A stretch of DNA of 64,000 bases. Source: Raillietiella orientalis. Taxonomy: Eukaryota. Position numbers and translations under genes: made by a program. The stretch is taken from the NCBI GenBank assembly GCA_036172245.1, contig JAYWIR010000034.1:248001-312000 (forward strand), read 5' to 3'. Below are positions 1-14,335 of the stretch, one piece after another (the stretch's first letter is position 1; every line of letters starts with the position of its first letter). Below the pieces are notes generated by a model. It saw only the letters and a list, made by a program, of their open reading frames with translations, searched no databases and was not told where the DNA came from.

Positions 1-342
1 TCGGGGTTCTCTTCAGAGAAGGAAATGAGGAACGGTTCCCTTGTGGGTTTCCTCCGGAGAAGAAATGAGAGTTATCCCCTCCTGGGGTTCCTTCCAAAGT
101 GAATAAGGGAAGAGGTTCCCTTCGGGGTTCCCTTCGGAGACAGCCAGAGTGGAGGGTCCTCTCCGAGGTTCCCCTACAAAGAGTGAGAGGAACGGATTCG
201 TTTCTCCAAGGCCTTCCTGAATTCATAGGTGGTCCCTTCCCGGTATGCCCCCTTAGCTGAAGAGTCACTACACTCACCCTCGAGTGTGGACCCGTGTCAA
301 AGAGCTTCGTGAGCCCCTAGGCGGAACGGTTCTTGAGTACTT
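1..342 (+). repeat. Dispersed repeat with internal ~40-bp degenerate tandem subunits (left copy, truncated by window edge)
   Basis: Units start at about 1, 41, 80, 121 and 162, each like ttcggggttcccttcggaga. The block aligns by eye to the reverse complement of 50810-51137 (shared aagagtgagaggaacgga, aattcataggt, gtgtcaaaga). Confidence 0.85.
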
Positions 343-499
343 GACCAAAAAGAAAAAGGGAGAACCAAAAAAGAGGGGAAAAAGCTGGAAGGAAAACAGC
401 AAAACCAGAAAACAACTAGAAAGGTAGGAACTCATCATTAGTAACGATAGTAACGATGTTTTCGTGAGTGGGTCGCTACTGGCCCTTTTTTCTTTAAAA

Positions 500-1750
500 A
501 AAAAAAAAACTTTTTTTTTTCTGTGATGACAGAGAAAAGAAGGCAACCAATTGGATACTCACTAAGATGAGTTGGCCAACTATGGTCACTGACTGCAATG
601 GAAGAATTTATATACGGATGAGAAATGTGGATGAGGAACTTGAGTACAGCACACAAGCAGGGATTTTTATCACTGACCCGAGAGAAATTTCTGGTTGCTC
701 TTGTGGAAGAGGAAAAAAACTCCACACAAATCCAGAGCTGAGATGGTTCGTGACACTGCTTTTAATCTTAGTGACAGACTTGACAGATTCATCCTTTTCG
801 ATGGTCGTCTCCAGTTGCAGTGGTGATCTCGTGTCTGCGAGCTCGTAGAAACATTCAATACGAGTTAAACGTCTCGCAGAAGCTGCAAAAAAAAAAAAAA
901 CAGATAGCTCTCTCACAAGAACATCGTTCCCCTTTTCACAACATCTTTTCGAAGATGCTGTTCTCGTACTCAGGAATTCCAAGTATCTCATGAAAGGATC
1001 GGTCCAGAGTCCTGGAGACTTCTGATCTGCCAGCTGCGCTTACGGTTTCCTTCAAGGCTTCTGGCGAGGAGCTGGTTTGAAACGGTGTTCGAACAAAAAA
1101 GAAACCAAACAAGAAATCAAGAAATCACGAGTGCGTGTTAATCGATATGGACCGGATGACATGCTGAATTTTTTGTTAGGTGCATTAGGAAATTACCCGC
1201 AGGCAATGAAGAGATCCACTCAAGGAAGATGAGTTGAACTCTTCCAGAGCGCTTTCTATTTGTATGGCAGAAGTGACTGCCAACTGCAACTATTAAGAAA
1301 CAGCTGCAGACACCAACGGCTTCTGTGTGTGGTCTCTCTGGTGCCTCCCCCATGCTCACGGAGAAGCATTCACGGTCTCCGTCTACTCTGTGGGTTTTCG
1401 ATCGATTCGAGCATTCGATCCTGAAAACCTTAAAGTTTTCATTCCTCGTTTCATTCCTCATTCACTCTTTTCCCATCTTCTGAACGAATTCCATCAAATG
1501 AGTCTGACATGATGCTCAAAATTTCTGAATAAGACCTCAGAAAGTGCGTCCAGGCATTCTTTTAATTTCTTTCGGTGTCTTTCACCACGGAAATGTGAAC
1601 TCAGAAGCTGAGACCTGCATTTCTCCTGTTGCTACGATGAAAGGTCTCGTAATGATACTGCACATTGCATCCGAGGATTCTGTCTTTATGGGGATCCAGA
1701 GCTCGAGATTCACGTTTGCTTTTCGTTTTGTGCTGAGGACCACAATCTGA
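500..1750 (-). mobile_element. Degenerate L1-like ORF2 relic
   Basis: MRYLEF (RYLG-like) and FVW in ORF 608..991; IVATGEMQ (GDFN-like) near 1620; many stops and frameshifts. Confidence 0.4.
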
Positions 1751-2399
1751 GCCGTCCGTTTTTTTTTTCCTTTTTTCTTTTCTGACAACAACCCAACTTC
1801 CTATTCCCCCTTTCCGATCCTGTGTTTCTGATAGCTTCTAATGGCAGAGATCTTCGTGATGTTTAGTCTTCAGATCTCTCTTCGCAATCGATTTTTCACG
1901 TTCTTCTTTGGTTGCGAGCACATGGAAAGCGGGTGGACCTTGCAGATGGTTCCAGATAATCATCCAAATGCTTTTCGTCAGCACTAGCGATCGCCGTCAG
2001 GTCCTTGGGATTACAGGATCCGGCAGACGACGAAGTGATGCGTCCCTAGCGACATATCAGTCTCCGAATACCCATCCAGTGGTATCTGCAACCATTCCTC
2101 ACCATCGAACGAATGACCCTGGGGCGGATCTTACTGTAGGATACGGGGAGGTAGCCGGCAACTATCAGCAACCGAGTTATAGGTTTGGTCAGGTAGCGGC
2201 ATCTTGTTGATTTACAAGCTCGTGATTCGTCTTCTGTCGCTTTTTTGAGTTACTGACGTATTTTTCTTCTTTCTGTGGACAAACGTGCATTCCATCTTCA
2301 TTAGTGTCACCAGACCTTGCTATGCAGCGGGTCAAGAAGGCAGAAGGTTCTCATGGAATTCAAGCGGTGTAACGGAGACTATCCGCGATTCCTCATGGA

Positions 2400-4650
2400 G
2401 ACCTTTTTCGTTGTTCGATTAGCTCCGATGAGAACAACCCCTAGCGGAATGGCTTGTGCAGGTACTCATCTAGTTCGCTGAAACTCAATACGGGGAATTC
2501 CTTCCTCCTCTGTCATCAAAGTGGGTTTTCGTACTTCTCTGGGTCTGTAGCTCCAAGGTGACAATTCTAGAAAAGGAGTGCCATAGCCTACCTTCTTACC
2601 CTAGGTAATGGAGACTATCGAGGTGCTCTCCAACCATGCTATCAACACCAGATGGTTTGCATATGGACAGAATGGAATTTCCTCCAAATGATTCTCCTAT
2701 CCTCCGTAGAATAGGTTCTATTTGCAACGGTGAGTAGCTGAGAGCTAAGGCTGAGTCACTGCTCCTCGATGAATCCCTAGTGCCTTCCACTTCACCTGCA
2801 CCTCCATACAGGTTCGTGACCCTATTCTCGAATATCGTCACTCTACTTCCCCTTAGGGTCCCATGCAACAGCTCTGTCCAAAATACACTTTCTAGAGCTG
2901 TAGATGCAGTACAGAAGTTCTGTGAGGATCTTCTGAGATCGCCGAGATTAGTATGCTGCATGAAGTTATGTTTCAGGATTCATATGAAGGAAATCATTTA
3001 GCTTCAAGCAGGTGATCTGATTGACAGCGAGCCCTTCTCTGAGTCTTCTAAAGAGCATCTTGATACAGGCGATAGGTGCAATATCCAAAGGACATTGGTT
3101 TTTACTCGGTGACTGTCTCCGATGCTGAGAATGATCAGGGACATCATCTTTAGCATCGGAGAAATGCTTCCATTGCATTCCCAATTTCGAGACATACTTT
3201 GAAGATATCTCTCAGCGTTGCTGTTCCAAATCCACCAACTTGAATCCAGTTTAGGAGATTCAATCGAGGAGGAGTTTCTTTGTTTAATATCAACACAGCT
3301 TCCCTGTCCTGAATGGCGTGACATCAATCGAGGGGCAACGCAATCTTGATCGTTTCCAGCATCAAGGGATCTATGAACCCTTTTTTCCCCTCCAAAGATG
3401 TGAATAAGGCGCTTTTCCGCTTCCTCAAGGGAGATTCTTCAATGGCTTTCCATTGCCTTAAGGACGTCCCTTCAAGGGTTGATGCGGTATGATCTCAGTA
3501 TTTTACATCAAATCTACCTGTTTCCTTCTTGGCATTATCCTTGGTAGTTTTATTTCAAGAAAAGTAGCGGGAACTTTTTCTGTTGGTTGGGACAAGGCGT
3601 TTCGAAGTTGCCCTATTCCGAGATGCTCAACTCTTGGAATTCAATTCCTACATCTACAAACTGAGGTGAGAGGCCTTGTGTTGCAGGTTTTCGTTACAGC
3701 GTCGTCCGTTTTCTTTTTATGGAACCAGGCTCTGCTATGGACGGCAATTTTGTGTCCGTCCTTTCATTTCATTCATCTTTGGACCTTCATCTTTTTCAGT
3801 GGCGATAGTGTGCATCCTGCACACTATGGCTCTGCATCAGTCGCATTTATTTTCTTCTCTACCGAGTGGAGTGATTAAGGTTATCCAAATGCATAATTTG
3901 CATCTCTCGATTCTGGTGGGCGCCGTTGTGAGCCTACAGATCTCCTTCTCTCCAACCGATGTCCAGTAGGGCATGCCGTGCCTCTCGTAAAATAGAAGTT
4001 GATACTATGGATCTGAAATCAGGTGAGAACATCAAGCTTTCCCGTATAAAGTCGACTCCATCGTTCTTAGTTCCTCCTTGTGACAATTTGTGACAATCAC
4101 ACCGGAGACTGCCTGCTGCACCCATACACAGCAACTAAACAACTCGTTTAATTAATGACAAACGCTCATCAACTGATCTCATGAGATAGTTGAGTTTCTT
4201 CTCTAGCATGAAGACCTATTAGACCGAATCAAAAAGAGCTGATCAAAAGCACTGTTGGGTGTTCATTTTTAATTCGTCAGCATCTGAGGTCGATTCGACT
4301 CGCTGCTCCGGGTCTCGCAGCGAGTGATTGCACTCGATGTGCCCTGCCCTTTTGAGAGCTGTCTGACAGATCTAGACGACGCGAGACAGGGACAGGAAAG
4401 CAAATGCGAAAAGCCAGCAACTCCACTGATCCTGTCTCCTTCTCTGGATCCCTAGGAATTCCTGGGATCCAAGGAACGGCGAGGTGCCTAAAGAACTCAA
4501 AACCCCTCAGAGTCAATCGGAGAACTCGAGAAGAGGAATGGAGTGTTCGAAATATCCAGCGTTTACGAATTACATACAGATACATCAGTTTGACCACTTG
4601 ATGCGATAACAATTCATCGGGTCTTGTCCAGAGGGCTGGATAGATGGTGA
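2400..4650 (-). mobile_element. Degenerate L1-like LINE (ORF1 knuckle, APE, RT remnant)
   Basis: LCMGAAGSLRCDC (CCHC-like) at about 4095-4134; SDH at 3012-3020; HYLG at about 2599-2610; order matches L1. Confidence 0.6.
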
Positions 4651-4679
4651 GTGGTTGCATCTTTAGCCAAACATACCTC

Positions 4680-6720
4680 CTGCTTAAATAAAGCGTAAAT
4701 AGAATTTCATCAGGAGCAATTGCTGTCCTTCATTCGCTCCTCCGTTCCTTCTTGCTAGCATGAAGACCAGAACTAATCTACAACAATTGTGGGTTGCCAT
4801 AGATAAGTTCTTTTTAAGTTCATCCTTCCGAGTGGGGACTTCAAACTTCCTCAAGACGCAGTAGCTCCAAAGAACGTAGCCAAAGGTTCTTAGTGGGAAG
4901 CAACTGGGTGCAGGAGAGAGCTGTACTCTCAAAGCTCATTCGCCCAGCTTCTGGACAGAATGCAGCGCCACTGTCTTCGTTATAACGAGGAACTGCTTAC
5001 TGATGGGTAGCACGTGCTAAGCTCCCGTTCCAGCGGTGGGTTCACCCTTGACACGATAATGCACATTGCAAACATCCGCCGTCCAAGATTAATGCACACT
5101 CGCAAAAGATACAGGGAAAGAAAGGGAATCCGGTCAGCTCATTTCATGGAGATCCTCATTCTGGGATGATGAGGACCCGTGCAAATTTGCAAGTCTTTGA
5201 GTATTTTAACAGGAGCCATAAACCTTAACTTGCAGTCAGCATCCATCGCGGTATCTACTGAATACAAGTCTCTATGGAAACCCCTCCGGATTCCAAGGTC
5301 GAGCGCGCGAAATCTGGTTGTTTGCTGCTATACTCGATGTCTACTATGCTTTGTTTTTATACTGACACAGACGCATCTTCTTGCAACAGGGAGAATCAAA
5401 CTTAATATGCATCTGGAAGTTTCCAAAGTAGGCAGAAAGAAATAAAAAAGAAAAATTCTTCACAAGGAAAGGGAAGAAAGCGGAGAGAAATTAAGCTCTC
5501 AGTATAAGTTTGGGGTTTTCATGACAAAGGAATTACTACCAAAGAAAAGCCTTTATTCTACTCGGAGGAATTCTCAATGGAGGAATCTTGTAGTAGAGTC
5601 AGCCTTTGCTTTATGGCCTTCAATCTTCGTACATGAGGAGAAATGTCTAATGTAATTTTCCGTTGGAATGTTGGGAAACTCATCACATGCATCGTATTGT
5701 ACGCCCATTAATAAGATGAGGATGCTTTAATCAAAGGTCAGCCGGAACGACTGCTTGTTTCGGTAGGAGACTCCGAAAATCCGAATCGAGAAAACTGCAT
5801 TCTTACTGGAGTAACGACAGAGGAGCAGGAAGAGGAAAATAAGAATGTGATGATGGGAAACCTGCACGTTCACCAGCAATCACACTTTTCAATCAGTGCA
5901 CTTCTCAACCTTTGGCAGTCCTTCTCTTCGCGAGCTTTTGGTGAGCTTTCACCAGTCAAAGTGCAATCTCTTCGTGTGGTTCTCAGAAGGGCAACACTTC
6001 CATTATGGATAACCGTTGAATCGAATTGCCCTATTCATCCCTTCCGTGGAGTATTTTTTCTACCTCTGTATCTTGTAATGAGAGAGCGAGTTGCATGGAA
6101 ACACTGCAACCGGTTCCCCTGACTTTGACTACGGAGGCTCTGAAGATAGCCTTCCAAGGATCCAAAATGAAATATGGTCGTTTTCCAGGTGTTCCCACGG
6201 AAATCCAAAGTCGGGATCGGAAACCTCGGAGGTCGGAACAAAGCTCATCCATTTCGTTCACTTTAGATGCGAATCCCCGGCTGCGACTCTGCCGGATGCG
6301 CTGCGAAAGAGCTTCCACTAAGGTCTAAGCATAGCTGTGCAAATCATGAAAAATTTCCCTTATCCCGACACCTCTGAATACCCTATCGGTATTGCCACCT
6401 GTGCTGGTGACGAGCCGTATAGAGCCTTGCTCTTCTTTCCTTGAGTTGGCTGAAGAGCTTCTCGCTTTCCCGGTCGCGGAGATCGTCGAGTGGGAGAACT
6501 TCTAGAGCGTGCCAGCTACATGACCGTGGAGCTGCTATCGTGCGTGTTGTCTGGTGGATGAAAATCCGGGACTTCTGTGTAAGGTTTCTCTGGTCTTCCT
6601 CGCGTATAAGGAAATGCACGAACGTCCATGCAGCCTGTGAAGAGAGTGCCCACACTATCCTCTGGGAAGTCAACTCTTTATGCAGTGGCTGTAGTAAACA
6701 GCGATTCCTGAAATAAAGAA
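4680..6720 (-). mobile_element. Degenerate L1-like LINE
   Basis: Knuckle remnant near 6660-6700; APE-like RGF..K near 6280; PEGFP (PDG motif) near 5280; ADCKL (DYK motif) near 5230; C-terminal Cys/His remnant near 4900-4970. Confidence 0.55.
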
Positions 6721-6799
6721 GAAAGAAGAGAGAAGAAGGCCAGTATTAGAAAAACTACGCACCTTCAGTCTTGTCATCCACATCGGGTATTCCTTGTTT

Positions 6800-8100
6800 G
6801 GAGGTTTCCTTTCATGCTATACACAATGATGCAGAAATATTGGAACCTTGTTTATGTCATTGGGTCATCATTACTAATCATCCTCATGCCAAAAGCAGTA
6901 GCAGGAGCCAAGAACGGTGATAATAACAATGACAGGGATAAGCAGGAGGTAACTGGATTCGCCAAGAATATGGAAAGTTTGCAAGCAAGTCAGTCTTCTG
7001 CGAAGAAGAACAAAATAAAAAATTGCAAGTGACCTACCGAATCCCAAGCAATGTTTGAGTCTATAAAAGCTCATTCTTAACTCCGACAAACTCCTTGAGT
7101 TCCGAGAAAACCACACTAAAGTACTTGCGAAAATGCTATGTTGAGACTGCGGGGACATCAAACGGAGGATGAAGAGGTTCGACGATCAGCTAAATTGCCC
7201 TTGATCCCTCATCCATTCATTTAAAATAATAGAACAATTTTTTTTCCTTTAGAGCTAGAGGCCGCTCGTACCTGCACCTTTGACTAAGAGGATGCCCAGA
7301 GTGAGTAAGCCTTTCATCTCTCAGAAAAACCACGTCAGAGGTATCAAAAACACACCTGTCTCGAGGAATTTATCGTGCCTGAAGCTGTAAGTACCATGGT
7401 TTCTCCACGTAAATTCTTTAGATCTGTGAAGGACTCCAGAGACCTGAGACCTGCCGCCTACAGCCAAAGAGATCATCGTACTGAAAAGGAGTTTAACCAC
7501 ACGAAACTGCAAGATTGTAGCTATCACTAAAGGTCGCTGTCCAGAGAACTGATTTCGTTGATGGCAGGATGTAAGAAGTGAGAGATGGGAAAGGAAAGGT
7601 CGTTGTATGGCTCCTGTGAACATCTTATCTGACCATCTTAAGATGGGTAGCATGCAAGACGAATCCTGTCGATAATCCAGTAAGAGCAGCATTCATGCGT
7701 AGGGACCAACCAAAGAAGAATGTCTGAGATTCCAAACAGAACAGATGAATACAAGTTAAGAGATCGAGAGCGTTACACCACACACTCGACACCAGAGCAG
7801 TGTTACAGGTCGCCTATGTACACGATGATAGACCGAAGTACACTTGAGAATCTTTTTATAACTTCAAATGTAAAACAGACAGAATTCACAAGTAGCCGCG
7901 GACGAAGCTCTCTGGGTTTTCATCCTCTGATAGCGTCCCGAAAATCATTTCGATACCGTGTTATGTCCAGTCACCGCTCATGTGTGACCGATAGCTGGAT
8001 CCTTCCTCGCATGACTGCATTCACGGCTCTGATATCGCCCTAATCATTCGCCATGAATTCCTCCGAGTCTCTTTTCCTTTTTCTGTTTGAGGGAGATAGA
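6800..8100 (-). mobile_element. Degenerate L1-like ORF2 relic
   Basis: ORF 7321..7692 has LLLLDYRQD (LDFEKAYD-like), GQRPL, LFSTM (FADD position) and VSG in RT order. Confidence 0.5.
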
Positions 8101-8199
8101 TATACCCAGTTTCCAAATCTCTCTTACTATTTCTTTCCCTCTTTTACAACTCGTCTCTGCGTTTAAGAATAATTTTGGTTTCTTCTCCAGCTATGCTTA

Positions 8200-11100
8200 C
8201 TCAATGGAGCCAGATCCCAGCGCCTACCATCAGGATTTTCCATGATTTACGCTTGCATCTCGTCTTTTCTGAAACAGATGGAGGCTTGGGCTTTGTGAAA
8301 AATCTGCTTCTCATCCTGCTCCTCCTATTCTCCCACCGCAGAGGCTCACAGAGCGCTTCGTCCAAGGTTTGGATCCTCCAGGTTTTCATCTGCATGGTGA
8401 GGTTACCTCCCAGTGTGAGGATTCGCTTTTATAAGCTGCAGGCGATCAATGACCATCGCTGCTCATATCGACAATCCGTCGTATCGATCGCTCTTTCGAA
8501 GCGGGGCGCGCCCGAAGGTCGTTCGCCCTGTACGAATGGACGCCCGCTCTCACGGAAGGGCACGACTTTCAGCACGAAACGTCCCGGAAGTGTGCATTGA
8601 AGTGCCTTGGATAGCCGAAAGATGGCAAGAATCGCACTCCTTGGCTCCTTTGGAACTCTGTAAGGGAGCCGCAGATTCTCGGTAATCTCCAGTCAAGCAT
8701 CCTCGAAGTCATCGTATGATGCTCACCCACGGGGAGCTGTGGAGGGAATCCGCGTCGCCCATGCTGCTTCCCACAAAGAGTGCACGGTCCTCGTGGCCGC
8801 TCGTGTGCACAGGGCGCAAGACACGCGTTGCTTGAACGAAACACACAGACACACATACAGATGAATGAAGTCATAAAGGTCCATTGAGATCGAAAGCAAG
8901 CGCTGAGGAAGCTATCAGGTTGCTCCCTTCTGACGGCTGGGATTAAATCAACCTCCAGAAAATGACGAAGGACTGTTCCTTCTCCGCTGTGAAAGTTGGT
9001 GGTTCCTGTAAACCGTCTCAAACCCAGATTTTTCCTTCATGAAGATTTGACCAACTCGTGGGGAAGCTTCCATATCATCTTTTTATCAAAAAGCAGCAAC
9101 GTGATACGGGTTTTCAGAACGAGTGCCAAACTCGCTGGTTGTCCCGGAGGGTGGAACCTCTGAAAAGAAGAAAGTGTCCTCCGAAAGAAATGACTGATGC
9201 AATGGCTTATCCAAACAGGGCTTGGAAAACATCGATTCCACTCTGTTTGTCCTGAAAACTCGGTACGGGAACGAAGGGAGATCGCGATGTTTCTGGAAAA
9301 CAAGGCGACGGTTCCAGAACGCCAGCTAGCGAAGCAAGTGTTCAGGAACTGAGAGCCTTTCTGAAGAATATCCTAGTGAATGCCAAGCAAAGGAAGTAAA
9401 AAATTCGCCATTTTGAATTCTGCTTCACTCGCTCGGATAACGTGAATGAGTTCTGACCAGGTACACGGACGTCTGTATCGTTTTCTCCCGAGGCTGAAGT
9501 CTTTGTTTTCCGTGCGCGACGAATAGCTTCGGGAACTTCTTTCTGAAACGTTCCCTAATGACTGATTCCACATGGACGTTCTGGTTTCGCAACATGCTCT
9601 AAAGGTCTACAGCCGCTCACTTCCCGATCTAATGGGAATGGAGCACAGGAGACGAATCTCCTCGTTCTTTTGGATAGATCAATTCCCTTTTGACAGATTC
9701 CATTATACAACAGCAGCATGAGTCTGACTTTGGAATATCTCGAGCTTAGAAAAGGATCTATGAAGCATGTAAATCCCCAAGGTCAGGAAGCACCACTGCT
9801 CCCTCTCCCACCAATTAAAGTCAGGACTGCTTTCGATTGAGGAGCAGTTTAGAGGGTGCCAGCTAAAGAGAAAGCATGTGCTTATTCCTTTGCGAATTGT
9901 CCAGGAGTCTTCTGGAAAAGATCGTAAACTGTTTATCCATTAATGCTGGTTGTTCACTTCACTTTGAAGTGTGAGGATAGCCATCCGACAGATGAAGAGA
10001 AGAAAAGGTTTGTCAGACACCTACCTGCTAATTCTTTCTCCATCGTAGAAGATGCATTCACTCTTAGCTCGTGTTCTTTTCAGGTTTCTGTTGGTCAGGC
10101 AGGAATCCTGAGACTCGGCGGAAGTTGTGCAAACTGAAGGTAGCCTCCTACGCCAATGAACCACCCAAAGGAAACGCTGAGCTCTTGCGAATACAAAGGG
10201 ACCGCTCGCATTCCATTTTTTTTCAATTGCTTCTCGAGCAAGTGCATCACCAAAGGGAGGTCGTCATTGGCATCACGTCCTGGAACATTTTCAGAAAACA
10301 TTCGAAGCTCCTGAAAAAATGAATCATCGAATGTTTGCTGCCTGTGTCCTGGTAGGATCTAGTCGGCACTGCAATCTTCGAGTTGTTCTTCTAGCTACAA
10401 CTAAAGTGGTGATCGGCGAGCCGTTCCTCCAGCCAGAGGTTACTCACTATTGGAGAAACTGGCAAGATTTCAAGCTCTAACTTTCAACCTTTATTGAAAA
10501 CCTGTGCTGCAGAAATCAGATGCATCTGCAACCTGTACCATAGTTCAAAACACATTCATGGCGCCCCTACTTGAATCCAGTTTTTACCTCCAGTGTGATG
10601 GAAGTATCGATGCAAACTCCCGAATTGTCGCTGGTAAGCAGGCTGCCATCTTTCTCTCAAGCGTTCTCTGATTAAGGATTGCTGTCTGTCTTCTAGGATA
10701 CTCTCTCTTATGTGTAAGAAGGTCTCTGCTGCAAAGCAGTTTGTCAATTTAGCCATAAGGCCATTCTCCCAAAGGAATTAAGTTTATATGAATGTCAATT
10801 ATACTACCCAATGCTCCTCTCAGAACTTCTGGCTTTAGAGGAATGTCCTACGCAACACGGAAGAAACTTCCTTTCAATTTCAAGGAGTCTGCTTCCCCCA
10901 AACTCAGAATCATGAATTGACAGGAAAAATTCTATCTTGAGCAGTTAGTTCCTGTTCTGAAAGACAACTCATATATTCAAGCAAAAGGATAGCTTTGTTT
11001 CCATTCTTCACCAGAGTGAAGAATTCCTACAAAATTTCATCACACTTCCTCTATAGAAGACCAAATCTCGCCATCCTTTTTCCAGTGAACATTGCGTAGG

Positions 11101-11450
11101 TCACAACACATATTAAAAAATACAAGAATACCTTCCAAAAAAAATAATGCACCTGAGATCCGAATACTCCTGGGAGAGATATCACAACCAGTTAGAAACA
11201 AGCCTCATGACAAGAGTTCAATTCGACTAGGTCTACAACTGCTGGCTAGTAGGATTGTAACAGCTTTGACTATGATCCCTACACAAATCCAATGTTTCCA
11301 AATCAGTGTGAACCTAGCTCTATGTGCCAGAAACTTTCATAGAAATGTTACTGATGCTGCATGGATCCAAGAAAACACTAAAGAGTTTGGAAATTTTTCT
11401 GTTCCACGTAAAAGACCAAAGAATTCTTTGTTAGCTTAGACCTTGATACT
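8200..11450 (+). mobile_element. Degenerate L1-like LINE
   Basis: INLQ near 8950; RLYRFL (RLDRF) at 9470-9487; LEK..Y near 9745; VASYANE (YADD-like) near 10140-10160. Confidence 0.55.
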
Positions 11451-11499
11451 TCGAAGATAGATCAGTTTCCATTTTGAAAAGAGAAATTTCCATTGTTAT

Positions 11500-13200
11500 T
11501 CTCATAGAAGCTTGTGAGAAGACTTGAGTATTCTAAAGTTAAGCCAAGAAAATACATATCAGCAGTTCTACTTGGATCAGGTCTACATATATTGATACTT
11601 CAGACCGATCCTGATAGTTATTCAAATAATCCTAAACTTTCATTTGGTCTGCTCATTAAGAATTTGACTTTTTGAAGACGTATGTTCTCAGACAGTATGA
11701 AAAGCGTAGACCATAATTATTTGCAAAGATTTTCTCAGTTCCTAATGATCTGTGATCCATTCTGTCATCAGTGGTCCTGCCTTGCTGTTACCGCAACTGC
11801 CTAAAAGAAAACATTCTAGAATAACATTCAAAAGTCAAGGAGGCTTTTCATGGCAGATTTCAACACGAAATCCTTCAGGGAAAGAAAGAATTCGGAATCA
11901 GAGATGACAAAAATATAAGAGATTTAAAATTCATATCTACTTAATCTCTTCACAAATTATTCAATATATTAGGAGAATATTATTTTCGCCTCTGAAACCA
12001 ATCATGCAGTTATTTAAAGAATGATACCATAATATAGAGATAGAGATCAAAAGAGAGATTGGCAGGATCTCATAAGATCCATAAACAGGAAACCATCGGT
12101 TAGCTGCCAACAGTCGAAATTTATTAACAAAATAAAAAACTCTCCACACTTTTTATGTTTATATAAAGAAATCTCACGCTCTCTGGTGAGTTCTCGAACG
12201 CTTTGAATCCTGCATTTAATGCATCCCTGCTTTTTCCATGTGCTGATATTAAGCCGTGTTTGGTTCTAGCATGGAAACAAGTAAAATATTCAGAGTCCAA
12301 TACCGATACCATTTCAATGTAAAACAACTCCATGCAAACCAATCATATTGAAGAGAAACACAGCGTACATCTTAAAGTCAGAAAGAAGCAGATGATCTGT
12401 TGAGATCCATGAAAATAATAACACTCAATTCAGATGCCACTAAGTTATTATCGGTCTCCTCAGGAAACAGAATCAGGTTCAGCAAAAGAGCACAGCCTGG
12501 GACATACTCCTCAATGGAAGGGTTGCTTTCTAAGGAACATTCTATGTTTCCTATTTGAATCCGCTTTCTATCTGAGATCAGAATGTGACTGAAACGAAAC
12601 CAAATCAATCATTCCGATAAATTAATATGATGACGATGCCTTTTAAAATTTTGGTGACTAGGAACTGATTAATACAGATGACAGGCTACTGCTGCATGTC
12701 AACCATTAGTGTGCTACTAAGGATTTTGTTGCACATCACTTAGAATGAAAGATGATGCGTGAAGTTCCAGAACAGGAAAGTGCACAAACTCCTTCAAAGA
12801 AACCTCTCCACAAAGCTTCTGGAGTGTAGAGTTCCGTCATTAGTTCTTACAAGCATTCAGGACAAAAAGGAATTCTTGAAATTTCCATACATTTAAACTC
12901 CGTCTTATTGCAAATTCCATTTCAAAGTCTTATTTATTCATTTGTGATGAAATGCAGCAATGAATTTCAAATTAATTAGGTAATTTAAGATTCACAACAG
13001 ACTGAAGTTAAAGTCATGCAGAGGGATGCTGTAAGCTACATTAGATTCCATCGTCGAAAATGGAAACCTGAGAATTCTAATCCATGTCATAATTCTTTCG
13101 TGTATCATTTCAAAATACATTTCCAGGAGATAGCTTCCTAAGAAAAGATAGCTCCGTTTGATTCCAAAGACTTTTAAGTTCTTGTGTAACGACATCTAAA
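11500..13200 (-). mobile_element. Old AT-rich L1-like ORF2 relic
   Basis: HDFN in ORF 12992..13195; YVPGC..LLNL and IIFMDLNR in 12378..12608; GLI...GKS and VRFLYI in 12124..12342; collinear with APE-RT. Confidence 0.6.
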
Positions 13201-14224
13201 ATCTTAAAAGCTGTTAGAATTAATGAACAGCAGATGCAAACCCCGGTGTTAAGTACTTCAAGCAAATTTCTGTGATTTCACAGAAATAAAAGTTCACAGT
13301 GCACAAGTAAGCAATTTTCTAGTACTGCAAGATGTTACAATCTTGTATTTTAAGGTTCCCAATGAGAGTAGATCGGTGTGAGCTGTTTTATGGAAGTGTT
13401 TACATTTTTTTTTTTTTAGAAACTTCAAAACTTCTTTTCTTCTTTATAAAGAAAAAATCATCATTTCAGGATTCTTTTCTCTCAAGAGAAATGAAACTGC
13501 ATTTTGTTACGTATATTGAGATTTTTTTTTTTTTTTTTTTATTGAGTTTTACCCTTCCTATTTGGAGATTGGAAACTTTGCAGTCTATGTCGCTTTCAAT
13601 GAAAGACTCCCAATAAGTCAATAAACTAAGAATGATTCTATGAAATCCATAAAGTAGTCTACAAAGAAGAGACTTATTTCTAATATCACTGCCTTATATT
13701 CCAGATAGTGTAAATACATGTTGAATTGCTGCTAAAACCTCAATACCTTTGAATTAGAATGCTTTCACCCTTTGCCTTCAAACCGATTGAAAACGGAAGA
13801 CAACGTAGTGGGATGATATTTATATGATCAGAGAAAGCAGATCTCATTGTCCACGAACCAATTTTGCTCCAAATACTTCACTGAGCTGTCAGAAAAGCCC
13901 CTTCGAGATTGTGAGAGTTGTGAAATACAGTTTTAGTCGTTTTCTAGAAATAAATTGAAAACATATGTGATTGACATCATTCACCAAGGATTGCTCCGAA
14001 AATAAATATGTTTCTTAAATCTAGGCAAAGGAGACAATGTTTATGAAAAAGTAGCTTTTTAAAGCATGTGTCTCCTGACGACAGAATTTTTCTATTCTTA
14101 CAAGCAAATGAAGCTGAAATAGATCGAACAGTTAGTGGTCTTCGAATGGTTTAGCTTGAGGAAATGATGTACTCTCTCCTTCAAAGTGAAATTATTATGT
14201 TATCCCAGTTATATTCACCTACGA

Positions 14225-14335
14225 ATGCACGTGCGTATGTATATGATTGCCACTAACTCAATGTATTGACATATGCATGTTCAAGTGTAGATATATGCTT
14301 GCATATTAAGTATGCATGTGTACATATGTATTTAC
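14225..14335. repeat. Purine-pyrimidine alternating low-complexity tract
   Basis: tgcacgtgcgtatgtatatg, catatgcatgt, gtatgcatgtgtacatatgta. Confidence 0.7.

Noticed and set aside
1..200. CRISPR-like periodic repeat
   Set aside because: Units are degenerate, the intervening parts resemble each other, the context is eukaryotic and no cas genes are visible.
485..521. Adjacent T and A homopolymer runs as a terminator
   Set aside because: Simple low-complexity sequence, likely a retroelement tail; similar runs occur at 13405, 13522, 18432 and 34217.
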